Of a stretch of 55,022 nucleotides of DNA, positions 37,756 through 46,371 are shown in pieces; the first letter of the stretch is position 1; every line of letters begins with the position of its first letter. A program made the translations under genes and the position numbers. Source of the DNA: Thermoplasmatota archaeon (lineage in GTDB: Archaea > Thermoplasmatota > Thermoplasmata > Thermoplasmatales > Thermoplasmataceae); assembly GCA_023379345.1 (NCBI GenBank), contig JAMCUV010000104.1, forward strand, positions 1 through 55,022, in the 5' to 3' direction. The notes under the pieces were generated by a model, which was not told the origin of the DNA, ran no database searches, and worked only from the letters and a program-made list of their open reading frames with translations.

Positions 37756-38253
37756 TTAAAATGTCATTTTCTTCTTTCTTTCCCTGACCTGCTCAAGAAG
37801 TTTTTTCCTGTTTCTGCTTCTCTCCTCTCCCTCCTTCCATCTGGCCTTTTCCTCATCGGTCTCCACAATGAGTCCAGGTACTGGCGTGGGTTTCCTGTTC
37901 TCATCGATGGCCACGTATGTCAGATGTGCAGAGGTGGTAAACCGTAGCTGCCCCGACAGTGTATCCTCTGAAAAAACGCTGATCTCAACTTCCATGGTCT
38001 CTCTGGTAACGTAGGTGATCCTGCCGTCCAAGTGCACTATGTCTCCGAGGTTTATGGGAGACAGGAAAAACATGCTGTCAACACTCCCTGTCACACACTG
38101 TTTTCTGGCATGTTTGGCTGCGATTATTGACGCGACGTTATCAATCCATTCCATGAGCTTTCCTCCGTAGAGGCCGTTCAGTACATTGGTATCTTCCGGC
38201 AGGACCATTCTGTGCAGACTCACCTGCGATTCGCTGGCTCTCTTTTTCTCCAT
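37756..38253 (-). CDS. Acyl-CoA thioesterase (hotdog fold, YciA/BFIT-like)
   Basis: MVLPEDTNVLNGLYGGKLMEWIDNVASIIA and SVDSMFFLSPINLGDIV are typical of this family. Start set at the internal Met just downstream of the permease stop. Confidence 0.8.
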   Translation of the reverse strand: MEKKRASESQVSLHRMVLPEDTNVLNGLYGGKLMEWIDNVASIIAAKHARKQCVTGSVDSMFFLSPINLGDIVHLDGRITYVTRETMEVEISVFSEDTLSGQLRFTTSAHLTYVAIDENRKPTPVPGLIVETDEEKARWKEGEERSRNRKKLLEQVRERKKKMTF

Positions 38254-38285
38254 AGAGCAATAATGCAGACTGGCTCTTAAGTTAT

Positions 38286-39773
38286 CTATTCCTTCCTGCG
38301 CCACATACTTATGGAAAGCTTTACGGGGATGATGACCCATGCTATTGCGGAAAGCATTGCAATTATGATTAAATTTGAACCGAGTATCGACTGGCTAACG
38401 GAAAAACTGTTTCCGATATATGATGGGAAAAGTGCCGGAATTTCAGCATAGTAAGCGAACGGCAGGAGCCCATTCGAAAGATTTGCAGGGTCTGCAGCAG
38501 ACAGGATAGATAACGCCGTGACTGCAGGTCCCTTAACCATGACATAGCCACCATTTGAGTATTGAGCGGAGGCCGTAAGGGCAAGTGAAACGACGATGCT
38601 TACCCCAATGATCAGGAAAATGGCAGAAATCAAACCAGCCACAAATACCATGTTCTTGCTCAGCCTCAGAGTTGAAATAAGGAACATCAAGGACATTAAT
38701 GCGCTGGATGCCACTGCAGATACCAGTGCATAGATGGCAAATGGCAGCGGACTGCCATAATATCCGGTCCTGACAGTGAGTACAGCAAAAGAGGCTGTCA
38801 TGAGTATCATGTACAGGACAGTCAAACCCACCGCACCTGATGCATATCTGGTGAGCACTATCTCCCGTCTTGTCACGGGCCTGACCAGAACGGAGTCCAT
38901 GGTCCCCTCAGCCACCTCCCTGCCAAATACTACATAACCGGCCATGACCCCTGACAATGGAATCATGAAGGCGAGGAAGGTATCAGGCGATTCCTGGCTG
39001 AAATCCTTGAACATCTGCAGAGAGCCTGATGGAGATATGGTTGCAGAATCCTGGGAATATCCCTGCGGGCCATAGTTAAGAAATCCCTGTACACAGCCAA
39101 GTTTCGCCACTGGTATGGATATAACCTGGATTGGGTCCGAGAAATTATAGGTCTGATAGAAATCCCCGTTCGGCGTTTTGAGAACACCGGTCTCCACCTG
39201 GGTGTTGATGGACTTCCTGTGGAAATTTACCACGAGAAAGTGATCCACCGAATCTCCACCTCCAGGGAATATCTGGTCGATCACCACTCCTGGATTCGGC
39301 GACGAAACAGGGACCGGGTCAACGGTTCCGTTGAACGTTCCACCCGGGCATATGACTGAATACTTCTCCACGGGGTTGTACTCATATTGAGACAGATAGG
39401 TTGCCCTGAAGAAGAGAGAATAATTTGCATATCCATTTGCCGCCGTTATGGCATTATCTCCAGTTTCTATCATCTGCGCTGAAAAATATAGAGATATTTT
39501 CGCCCCTCCAACCGGATTTCCATTCTCATAGGCCAGATAGTTCATGAGATATATGGAGTCGTTCTGAAGGTAAAAGCCTGAAATTAATACAGGACGGTGC
39601 TCTGCAACGACGTTGCTTACGCTTGGCGTCAGAGCCAGGAGTACACCCAGCAGCAGGAACAGGGAAACAGCAACTGCGGTCCCCCTCTTACGCGACTGGT
39701 GGAAAAGCTCAGCTTTGAGTCTTTTGATCCACTTTCTCAATGAGTCGTAAAAACGCATTTTCGAGACTTCCAT
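38286..39773 (-). CDS. ABC-2 type transporter permease with a large extracytoplasmic N-domain
   Basis: 495 aa. One N-terminal TM is followed by a soluble domain of about 220 aa and then six TM helices (NosY/ABC-2-like). Confidence 0.7.
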   Translation of the reverse strand: MEVSKMRFYDSLRKWIKRLKAELFHQSRKRGTAVAVSLFLLLGVLLALTPSVSNVVAEHRPVLISGFYLQNDSIYLMNYLAYENGNPVGGAKISLYFSAQMIETGDNAITAANGYANYSLFFRATYLSQYEYNPVEKYSVICPGGTFNGTVDPVPVSSPNPGVVIDQIFPGGGDSVDHFLVVNFHRKSINTQVETGVLKTPNGDFYQTYNFSDPIQVISIPVAKLGCVQGFLNYGPQGYSQDSATISPSGSLQMFKDFSQESPDTFLAFMIPLSGVMAGYVVFGREVAEGTMDSVLVRPVTRREIVLTRYASGAVGLTVLYMILMTASFAVLTVRTGYYGSPLPFAIYALVSAVASSALMSLMFLISTLRLSKNMVFVAGLISAIFLIIGVSIVVSLALTASAQYSNGGYVMVKGPAVTALSILSAADPANLSNGLLPFAYYAEIPALFPSYIGNSFSVSQSILGSNLIIIAMLSAIAWVIIPVKLSISMWRRKE

Positions 39774-40629
39774 TTTCCCTAGAAATCGACGATACCCTGT
39801 AACCGCGGCGTATCAGTTCAGCATTGAGTTCTGGGGCATCAATGTTGGCGTCCCTTATCCTGAAATTTCTTCCCACTGCCGAGACCTTCCCATACTCCGT
39901 GAGCACTCTCTCAGTATCCTCCCCGGGGTTTTCAATCCTTACGGTCAGGTCATTTCCTCCATGCGCATACATGTCCTCCGGGAGTAACTCGCCGATTATC
40001 CTCCCCCTGTGAATCACAACCATCCGGTCAGCAATGCCCTCAAGCTCTGCGAGGGCATGGGTGGAAAGCAGTATGCTGCAGCCATCCTTCCGCATCTCCA
40101 GTATGATTTCGCGGATCATCTTCATTCCTGCGGGGTCAAGTCCATTGAGGACTTCGTCAAAAATAATGTTTCGCGGGCTATTTACAAGTGACGCAGCTAT
40201 GGCAAACCTCTTTGCCATCCCCAGTGAGAATTTTCCCAGCCTCCTATCACGTTCTTCCAAGAGTCCGACCTTGCGGAGCAGTGAATTTGAAAGATCTCTC
40301 CGGTCCCACGTCCCCTGGGAGTAAAAACTGGCCATGTACTCCAGGAGATCACCTGCTCTTGACCCCGGATCAAAATAAGACTGATCGGGAACAAGGCCCA
40401 ACTTCTCTGATGCCAGAGGTTTTTCACGCCTCAGGTCCAGGCCATCAACGATTATGTTCCCGGAATCTGGCTCAAGAAGACCAGCCATGATTCGTATGGT
40501 GGTGGTTTTTCCGGCACCATTGAGACCGATAAACCCAGTCACACGGCCATCCGCTGAGGTTATGGAGACGCCATCGACCGCAGGCCTTTCACTCTTTCTG
40601 AAGGTCTTTGTTACAGATTCCGTCGCTAT
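39709..40629 (-). CDS. ABC transporter ATP-binding protein
   Basis: Walker A GLNGAGKTT, the signature FSLGMAKR and Walker B IIFDEVLNGLD. The conserved N-terminal strand (TESVTKTFRKSERPAVDGVSITSADGRVTG) lies upstream of the GTG used by the ORF track. I extended the feature to an ATA codon at 40629, so the start is uncertain. Confidence 0.85.
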   Translation of the reverse strand: MATESVTKTFRKSERPAVDGVSITSADGRVTGFIGLNGAGKTTTIRIMAGLLEPDSGNIIVDGLDLRREKPLASEKLGLVPDQSYFDPGSRAGDLLEYMASFYSQGTWDRRDLSNSLLRKVGLLEERDRRLGKFSLGMAKRFAIAASLVNSPRNIIFDEVLNGLDPAGMKMIREIILEMRKDGCSILLSTHALAELEGIADRMVVIHRGRIIGELLPEDMYAHGGNDLTVRIENPGEDTERVLTEYGKVSAVGRNFRIRDANIDAPELNAELIRRGYRVSSISRENGSLENAFLRLIEKVDQKTQS

Positions 40630-40736
40630 CGTGCTTACACAAATTGGCCCATGGATATATATTATTTCAGTCCAATCGTTTGACCGGGTCTTTCCGCGGG
40701 TAAAAACAAAATAACGCCTTTCACATTTGACAGAGA

Positions 40737-41432
40737 ATGAGCTTGAAGGAACAGAAGCAGCATGCTGCCGCTGAGGCGGTCAAATTTATTCATGACAATA
40801 TGGTTGTTGGCCTGGGAACTGGTTCCACCGTGGCACATCTTCTGGACATGCTCCCGGATATGCTAAGCGATCTCAGTCATGTAAAGTGGGTTGCGACTTC
40901 TGCAGAAACAGAGATAAAATGTTCCGACCTTGGGATCATCACGATGTCTGATGTGGATGTGCCCATAGACCTGGATATCGACGGGGCAGACGAAGCTGAC
41001 CTGAAGGGGAACCTGATAAAGGGCGGAGGTGGTGCCCTCCTCAGGGAGAAGGTTGTTGCTAGGAACAGCAGGAGGGTCGTCATAATTGTGGATTCCGGGA
41101 AACTGAAAAGGGACGGCCTCGGTGATTTTGGAGTCCCGGTGGCGATAAGCCCGCACCTCATGACGCTGACTGTGAGGAACATTGAATTGCTTGGCGCGAA
41201 GTGCGCTCCGAGGGGGAACGGCAGATACAGAACAGATGACGGGAATGCCATTGTGGATTGCCACTTCGGGAAGATCAGTAACCCTGAACTCCTTGAAGCC
41301 AGGATTAAGCTGATACCTGGCGTGGCCGAGGTTGGAATATTCCATAACCTCTGTAACACGCTCATCGTGGGAAACGACATGGGGACTGACATTTACGAGA
41401 TTGAGCGGAAGACGCCCGGCTATCGCAATTGA
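40737..41432 (+). CDS. rpiA: Ribose-5-phosphate isomerase A
   Basis: 231 aa with VGLGTGSTV, IDGADE and KGGGGALLREK motifs. Confidence 0.93.
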   Translation: MSLKEQKQHAAAEAVKFIHDNMVVGLGTGSTVAHLLDMLPDMLSDLSHVKWVATSAETEIKCSDLGIITMSDVDVPIDLDIDGADEADLKGNLIKGGGGALLREKVVARNSRRVVIIVDSGKLKRDGLGDFGVPVAISPHLMTLTVRNIELLGAKCAPRGNGRYRTDDGNAIVDCHFGKISNPELLEARIKLIPGVAEVGIFHNLCNTLIVGNDMGTDIYEIERKTPGYRN

Positions 41433-41453
41433 CAGCCGGTACCTTAAAATAAA

Positions 41454-41810
41454 TTATTTCTGGAATGACTTGAGTTCTGAGATGGTCTGGTTTATCTCTG
41501 CAATCTTGTTGCTGAGGTCCAGGATGATCTCCTCCAGGATTGCATTAAAGTCCTTGGAAAGTTTATATCCATGAATAGGCCTGCCCTTTCCTTCCTTTTT
41601 CATGTTACGCTTGTTGATCCAGCCCTTTCTCCTCAGCCACTGCATAGCAATGGAGACCTCAGGCTGTCTGAGACCTGTTTCCCGCTCTATCTCAACACTG
41701 GTTATCTCTCCTTTGTCCCTGATATACACAAGCGTAAATGCAGCGCTGCGTGGAACATCCGAGATTATCAGGAACTTGGCAAGCTTGTTGCTTTCGTCAG
41801 AAATTGCCAT
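41454..41810 (-). CDS. Winged-helix (ArsR/TrmB-like) transcriptional regulator with C-terminal coiled coil
   Basis: 118 aa. EITSVEIERETGLRQPEVSIAMQWLRRKGWI forms the HTH, and a wing follows (GRPIHGYKL). Confidence 0.7.
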   Translation of the reverse strand: MAISDESNKLAKFLIISDVPRSAAFTLVYIRDKGEITSVEIERETGLRQPEVSIAMQWLRRKGWINKRNMKKEGKGRPIHGYKLSKDFNAILEEIILDLSNKIAEINQTISELKSFQK

Positions 41811-41884
41811 TATTATCTATTCAAGATATATTGATAATATAAATATTTATGGTAATATAAATGGTTTCTCTTTGATCGTGAATT

Positions 41885-42148
41885 TCAGGACTTTGCCAGC
41901 GCTTCCAGCTTGCTTATGACGGTGTAGAGCAGTGTTCTGCCCAGCTGTGGCACATTCGGGTCGTTGGTAAGCTCATCCAGCCTTGAAATCACAGTGGCAC
42001 ATCTCAGGTCGAGACTCTCGTTTTGCTTTCCCAGTGTTGATTTTGAGTCTATAGCCTGTTTCCTTATATTCTTTGGAACCGAAGTGTCCTGCGAGAGCTC
42101 ATCAAGCAGGTAAACGACCTCTTCATACAACTGTTTATTCATATTCAA
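41885..42148 (-). CDS. UPF0147 family protein
   Basis: 87 aa with the paired motifs DTSVPKNIRKQA and NDPNVP that characterise the archaeal UPF0147 family. Confidence 0.65.
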   Translation of the reverse strand: MNMNKQLYEEVVYLLDELSQDTSVPKNIRKQAIDSKSTLGKQNESLDLRCATVISRLDELTNDPNVPQLGRTLLYTVISKLEALAKS

Positions 42149-42493
42149 TTACCTCTCCATGATTGTACCGGTATCCTTAACTGTAGAAAGGACCATCATT
42201 GTCTTTGACTCCCTCACACCAGGAAGCTTGCTCATCTCTTCGACAAGGAACTCCTGCAGGTTCCAGAACTCAGGAAATCTCACCTTTATGACCACGTCAA
42301 AGTCTCCGGTCACTATGAACACATCCTCGACTCCACGATGTGCGGAAAGGTTCTTTGCAACCTGATCCACCTTGTTGACGTCTGTTTTGATTCCCACAAG
42401 TGCAGTGACAATCTTTCCTTCATAGTACTTTTTGATCGTAGCCGATACCGTGGTCAATTCGCGGTCTTCACTCTGATTCACTGCCCTCCCCAT
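42149..42493 (-). CDS. Stand-alone Lrp/AsnC-type RAM (ligand-binding) domain protein
   Basis: ALVGIKTD...VEDVFIVTGDFDVVIKVRF...LPGVRESKTMMVL matches the beta-alpha-beta-beta-alpha-beta RAM fold pattern. No HTH is present. Start set at an internal Met. Confidence 0.6.
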   Translation of the reverse strand: MGRAVNQSEDRELTTVSATIKKYYEGKIVTALVGIKTDVNKVDQVAKNLSAHRGVEDVFIVTGDFDVVIKVRFPEFWNLQEFLVEEMSKLPGVRESKTMMVLSTVKDTGTIMER

Positions 42494-42722
42494 ATTTTCC
42501 AACCTCCACTGTAAAATAGACGTGTGTGAGGATAGTAAATGACAAGGTATTATAAAAGCAATCCACAGCGCGATTCCTTTCACGTGTTGCGCATTTCCCG
42601 CAGAGCTTGTTTCATTACCCCGAGATAACGGGTTGAACCGGACTCATTGGATACTTGAGTCTAATGGGCTGGAGCCCTTGTGTAGGCAAAATTATTTATG
42701 GAGTTGTAAATAACCTGAAGTT

Positions 42723-42825
42723 CCCGGCTTAGCTCAGTTGGTAGAGCGGCGGACTGTAGAGGAATATCCACTAATGGAATACCGCCGTAATCCGCAGGTC
42801 TCTGGTTCAAATCCGGAAGCCGGGA
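42723..42825 (+). tRNA. tRNA-Tyr (anticodon GTA) with an intron of about 30 nt after position 37
   Basis: CCCGGCT acceptor stem (C1:G72, the archaeal Tyr identity pair), D arm TAGCTCAGTTGGTAGAGC, anticodon stem GCGGA/TCCGC with loop CTGTAG-intron-A, T arm TCTGGTTCAAATCCGGA and discriminator A. Confidence 0.88.
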
Positions 42826-42841
42826 TAACCACGTCCTTGAT

Positions 42842-43600
42842 TCAGATTGTGATGTCGTTGTTTGCGTACCTGTAGCCTACAGAAATGAATCCGGTATGCC
42901 CGACTCCCTTGCTGTCCGGTCTCGTTGCATCCTTTCTTACAATGAGATTCCTGCGGGTCAGTTCCATGCTTACATGATGGAAAATGTTGTTTTCCCCCAT
43001 CGACACCACAGCCTTCTCCACCTGATTGAAATTGGGAGAATATGTAACAAGCGTGCCCCCCTTTTTTAACAGCCTGGAAGAGGCCTTCATTGCGTTCCAC
43101 GGATCAGGGATGTCTAGAAACACGGCATCGTACCTGTCAGCATCATCGAAGTTCCTGATATCTCCGATGATGTATTCGTGCCCCCTGTCTATACCGAATC
43201 TGTCAAGGTTTTTTCTGGCAATCTGGATGTTATCGCTGTTTATGTCTATGGACTTCAGTATACCCTCCTCTCCTATCTCCCAGAGTATGAAGGCAGAGAG
43301 GATTCCTGAGCCCACTCCTGATTCTATGACCCTGGAACCTCCTGTTATGCCTGAAAACGAAACCATCACCGATGCATCGTGTGGAAGTATCACCTGCGGT
43401 CCGCGCTCAGCTATCGCGGACGCAAAGGCTGGTCTGAAAGGAACAGAGATAAACTGCCTGTTCTTTATATGGAACATGTCGCCGGTATCCAGCACCTGGC
43501 CTGCCCGAAGTTTATAAGAACTGCCGCCGACGCTAAAGGTTGCACTTTCAGTATCGTGGATGCCACTTTCCTCCTTCCCTTGAATGGTATTCATGCTCAT
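42842..43600 (-). CDS. trmI: tRNA (adenine57/58-N1)-methyltransferase TrmI (Gcd14 family)
   Basis: SAM motif VIESGVGSGILSAFIL, DAVFLDIPDPW and an N-terminal beta domain. Start set at an internal Met to remove the overlap with the rhodanese gene. Confidence 0.78.
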   Translation of the reverse strand: MSMNTIQGKEESGIHDTESATFSVGGSSYKLRAGQVLDTGDMFHIKNRQFISVPFRPAFASAIAERGPQVILPHDASVMVSFSGITGGSRVIESGVGSGILSAFILWEIGEEGILKSIDINSDNIQIARKNLDRFGIDRGHEYIIGDIRNFDDADRYDAVFLDIPDPWNAMKASSRLLKKGGTLVTYSPNFNQVEKAVVSMGENNIFHHVSMELTRRNLIVRKDATRPDSKGVGHTGFISVGYRYANNDITI

Positions 43601-43652
43601 AGCTATGGGTAGTCTATATTGATTACTTGCTGTGCATCCCGTGAAGAAAATG

Positions 43653-44012
43653 TTACTCTGAATACTCTGTTTCCATGCCGGTTCTGAGCCATTTCTGGAT
43701 CCCGCCGTCAATGGAAAACACGTTGGTTATCCCATTATCCATCAGGTACTGGCAGGCATAATAGCTCCGGTGTCCACTGTTGCAGATCACTGCAATTTCT
43801 TTGTCACGGTGCTTCCTCAATTCATCCAGACGGTCAGGTATATCCATCATGGGAATGAGTACCGATCCCTTTACATGGCCGGTATTGCTCTCAAATTCCC
43901 ACGGCTCGCGCACATCGAGGAACAGAACATTCTCCTCCCCTTTCTCGTTCATCAGGTCCGCAACTTCGAGAGGAGTTAGTATCCTAACGCTTCCATCATT
44001 CTTGGTGCCCAT
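43653..44012 (-). CDS. Single-domain rhodanese sulfurtransferase
   Basis: 119 aa with the active-site loop CNSGHRS. Confidence 0.85.
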   Translation of the reverse strand: MGTKNDGSVRILTPLEVADLMNEKGEENVLFLDVREPWEFESNTGHVKGSVLIPMMDIPDRLDELRKHRDKEIAVICNSGHRSYYACQYLMDNGITNVFSIDGGIQKWLRTGMETEYSE

Positions 44013-44097
44013 TCAGTCCATCCTACAGGACGACCCATAATTAAGAATTATCGTGAGAGTTCAAGAAATGTTAATGCAGATAATCCGATGCTGTGGC

Positions 44098-44586
44098 ATG
44101 TATAATATCTCCGTTATAGGCGGTGGGGACATCGACGAAAGTACCTGCAAAATTGCTTACAGGGTTGGGGAGTTGCTGGCAAAGAATGGCGTCACGATTG
44201 TCTGTGGAGGACTTACTGGCGTAATGGAATGCGTATCGCGTGGCGCCTCTGATGCAGGCGGGATGGCCATTGGAATTCTGCCAGGGAGCAGGGTGGAGGA
44301 AGGCAACAGATACCTTTCAGCGAGACTTCCAACGGGCATAGGATATGCGAGAGATTTTCTGGTCGTTAGAATGGGAGAGGCAGTTATAGCCATAGACGGC
44401 GCCTCAGGCACGCATACTGAGGCATACTTTGCCCTTTCCGAGAGAAAGTCCCTGATATGCATGGGTGACCTGTCGGTCAGGAGGGAAAAAGAAACTGACG
44501 GGAAGCTTTTCAGAGTCACAACCCCTGAGGAGGCCGTAGACATTGCACTCAAAGAGGCAAAGATTTACAGGGAATCATCCGGATGA
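44098..44586 (+). CDS. TIGR00725/LOG-like Rossmann-fold protein
   Basis: ISVIGGGD...VGELLAKNGVTIVCGGLTGVMECVSRGA...GGMAIGILPG pattern. Start set at an internal Met. Confidence 0.65.
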   Translation: MYNISVIGGGDIDESTCKIAYRVGELLAKNGVTIVCGGLTGVMECVSRGASDAGGMAIGILPGSRVEEGNRYLSARLPTGIGYARDFLVVRMGEAVIAIDGASGTHTEAYFALSERKSLICMGDLSVRREKETDGKLFRVTTPEEAVDIALKEAKIYRESSG

Positions 44587-46055
44587 ACTGAAACCGTTTT
44601 CCTCTTCAGGTAGTCTGTGTTTGTGTAGCGCGCATCTATTCCCATCCGGATAAGTATATTGGCGCCCGCTGCACTCTGGAGGCCTTTGCTGCAGTAAAGT
44701 ATGACTCCCTTTGAATCCTTAAGGGCACTGCCCATGGACCGGAGATCCGACAACCTTGCGTTTATAGCTCCGGGGAAGTGCCATTTTCTGTATTCTTCTG
44801 CATTTCTGAGATCCAGAATGGTCTCGCCGCCCTTGGGTTCAGTAAGTCTTGTATCCCTGCCCTCTATGGATTGCAGGTGATCCCTGATCTGAGATCCCTT
44901 TAACTTCAGCGTCTTTTCCAGCATTTTATTGATAAGTTCTTCGGAGACGTCCTCTGATTCCAGCTCTTCCTCTGTAATCCTTGTGATGGGCTCAGCAGAA
45001 AATATGGCGCAGAATTCTCCCAGGCTCGTTTCCGGGAACGCTCCAATTTTCCTGCACATTTCTGTTATCTCATCTTTGTCCATACCCACAAGTGGCCTGA
45101 GGATGTTGTGGTGCACTGACCTGCTTAAAGCAAAGAGGTTTTCTGCAGTCTGGGACGACACCTGGCCCATGGACTCCCCCGTCACGATGCCGAAATATCC
45201 CGCGTTTGTGGCAATCTTCTCGGCCAGCCTGTAAAGTATCTTCTTAAATGTCACATTGGGGAACCGGAACGTCCTGCCGTCGGTCAGCCTTTCAACCGCG
45301 TCGGAACCATCCACTACGTATACCATTGGGTCCAGTCCAAAATACCAGTTTTCATAGAGTCCCGCGAACTGCCTCAGAAACTGTGCAGTGTCCACTGGAT
45401 GGGCCAGTGCTATGAAGATGGCATCCACCGGACACCCTCTCCTAAGCATCATCCATGCCGCGACGGGGGAGTCTATCCCTCCTGACATGAGGGAAACCAG
45501 CTTACCTTCGCTTCCAAGCGGGAGACCGCCTGGTCCCGGTCTAATGGTAGAATAGAAGAAGGATCTGTTGTCCCTTACCTCCACATGACAGACAAATTCC
45601 GGGTTGCCCAGATCGACGCCAGCTGAGCCATCATATAGGGCACTGCCTATCTCCTCCTCCAATTCCTTGGACGTGAAGTTATGAGAACCGCTTCTCCTAA
45701 CTTTCACGGCAAACTTCCTACCCTTCACACCCTCTGAAAATAACTCCACAGCCCTTCCCGTGATCTCTTCGCTTGTATTGAAATCCATATAAACGGCATT
45801 TGAAACGGATTTGACTCCGAAAACCCTTGATACAGCATCTTCCACCTCTTCCGGAGGACCGCTGCTCCAGAGAAATATCCGTCCTGGCTCCCTTGTAAAG
45901 GAAAAGTCAAGCCCTCTTGATGCAAGCGAGACCTTCAGGTTTGAGATGAGCTTCCTTTCCATAAGGGACCTTGCATGGGGGCCCTTGAGCCCAATCTCGG
46001 AATACCTGACTATATACACGGGGATGGATTTCATTGAGGTTATAAAATGTGTCAT
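44565..46055 (-). CDS. thiI: tRNA 4-thiouridine sulfurtransferase ThiI with C-terminal rhodanese domain
   Basis: N-terminal ferredoxin-like/THUMP region, PP-loop SGGIDSPVAAW, and a C-terminal rhodanese domain with catalytic Cys (ILYCSKGLQS). Confidence 0.9.
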   Translation of the reverse strand: MTHFITSMKSIPVYIVRYSEIGLKGPHARSLMERKLISNLKVSLASRGLDFSFTREPGRIFLWSSGPPEEVEDAVSRVFGVKSVSNAVYMDFNTSEEITGRAVELFSEGVKGRKFAVKVRRSGSHNFTSKELEEEIGSALYDGSAGVDLGNPEFVCHVEVRDNRSFFYSTIRPGPGGLPLGSEGKLVSLMSGGIDSPVAAWMMLRRGCPVDAIFIALAHPVDTAQFLRQFAGLYENWYFGLDPMVYVVDGSDAVERLTDGRTFRFPNVTFKKILYRLAEKIATNAGYFGIVTGESMGQVSSQTAENLFALSRSVHHNILRPLVGMDKDEITEMCRKIGAFPETSLGEFCAIFSAEPITRITEEELESEDVSEELINKMLEKTLKLKGSQIRDHLQSIEGRDTRLTEPKGGETILDLRNAEEYRKWHFPGAINARLSDLRSMGSALKDSKGVILYCSKGLQSAAGANILIRMGIDARYTNTDYLKRKTVSVHPDDSL

Positions 46056-46123
46056 GGTTAACTCGGCGCCAGTTTACTGTCAGTAAGTTTTTTCTATAGG
46101 TTCTATATCGGCTCGTGATCTTG

Positions 46124-46282
46124 ATGCAGGAAATGATTTGCAACATTGAATTCTCCAAGGAAGATGATGACTTTGTGGCCAAGCTGAGAACCGATATCGG
46201 TGGTCTCAGAGAATTCAGGAACCCTGCATTTGAAGAAGTGCTCAACGAGGTCATGCTGGAACTGGAAGAAGAGTTCCTCTAG
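46124..46282 (+). CDS. Possible 52-aa acidic small protein
   Basis: MQEMICNIEFSKEDDDFVAKLRTDIGGLREFRNPAFEEVLNEVMLELEEEFL. A TATA-like TTCTATAGGTTCTATAT lies upstream. Below the ORF-track cutoff, and no family recognised. Confidence 0.35.
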   Translation: MQEMICNIEFSKEDDDFVAKLRTDIGGLREFRNPAFEEVLNEVMLELEEEFL

Positions 46283-46371
46283 AAACCATCTTGATCGTCG
46301 TCAGCATAAACTGGATTTCCCTGATCATGATTGTACCAAAATACAGATATTTTGACTGAGGATGGTTTTGC

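Noticed and set aside
34299-42825. The T4SS-like cluster as part of an integrative conjugative element inserted at tRNA-Tyr
   Set aside because: About 5 kb of housekeeping genes (rpiA, regulators, UPF0147) separate the cluster from the tRNA. I saw no integrase, relaxase or repeat of the tRNA 3-prime end in the window.
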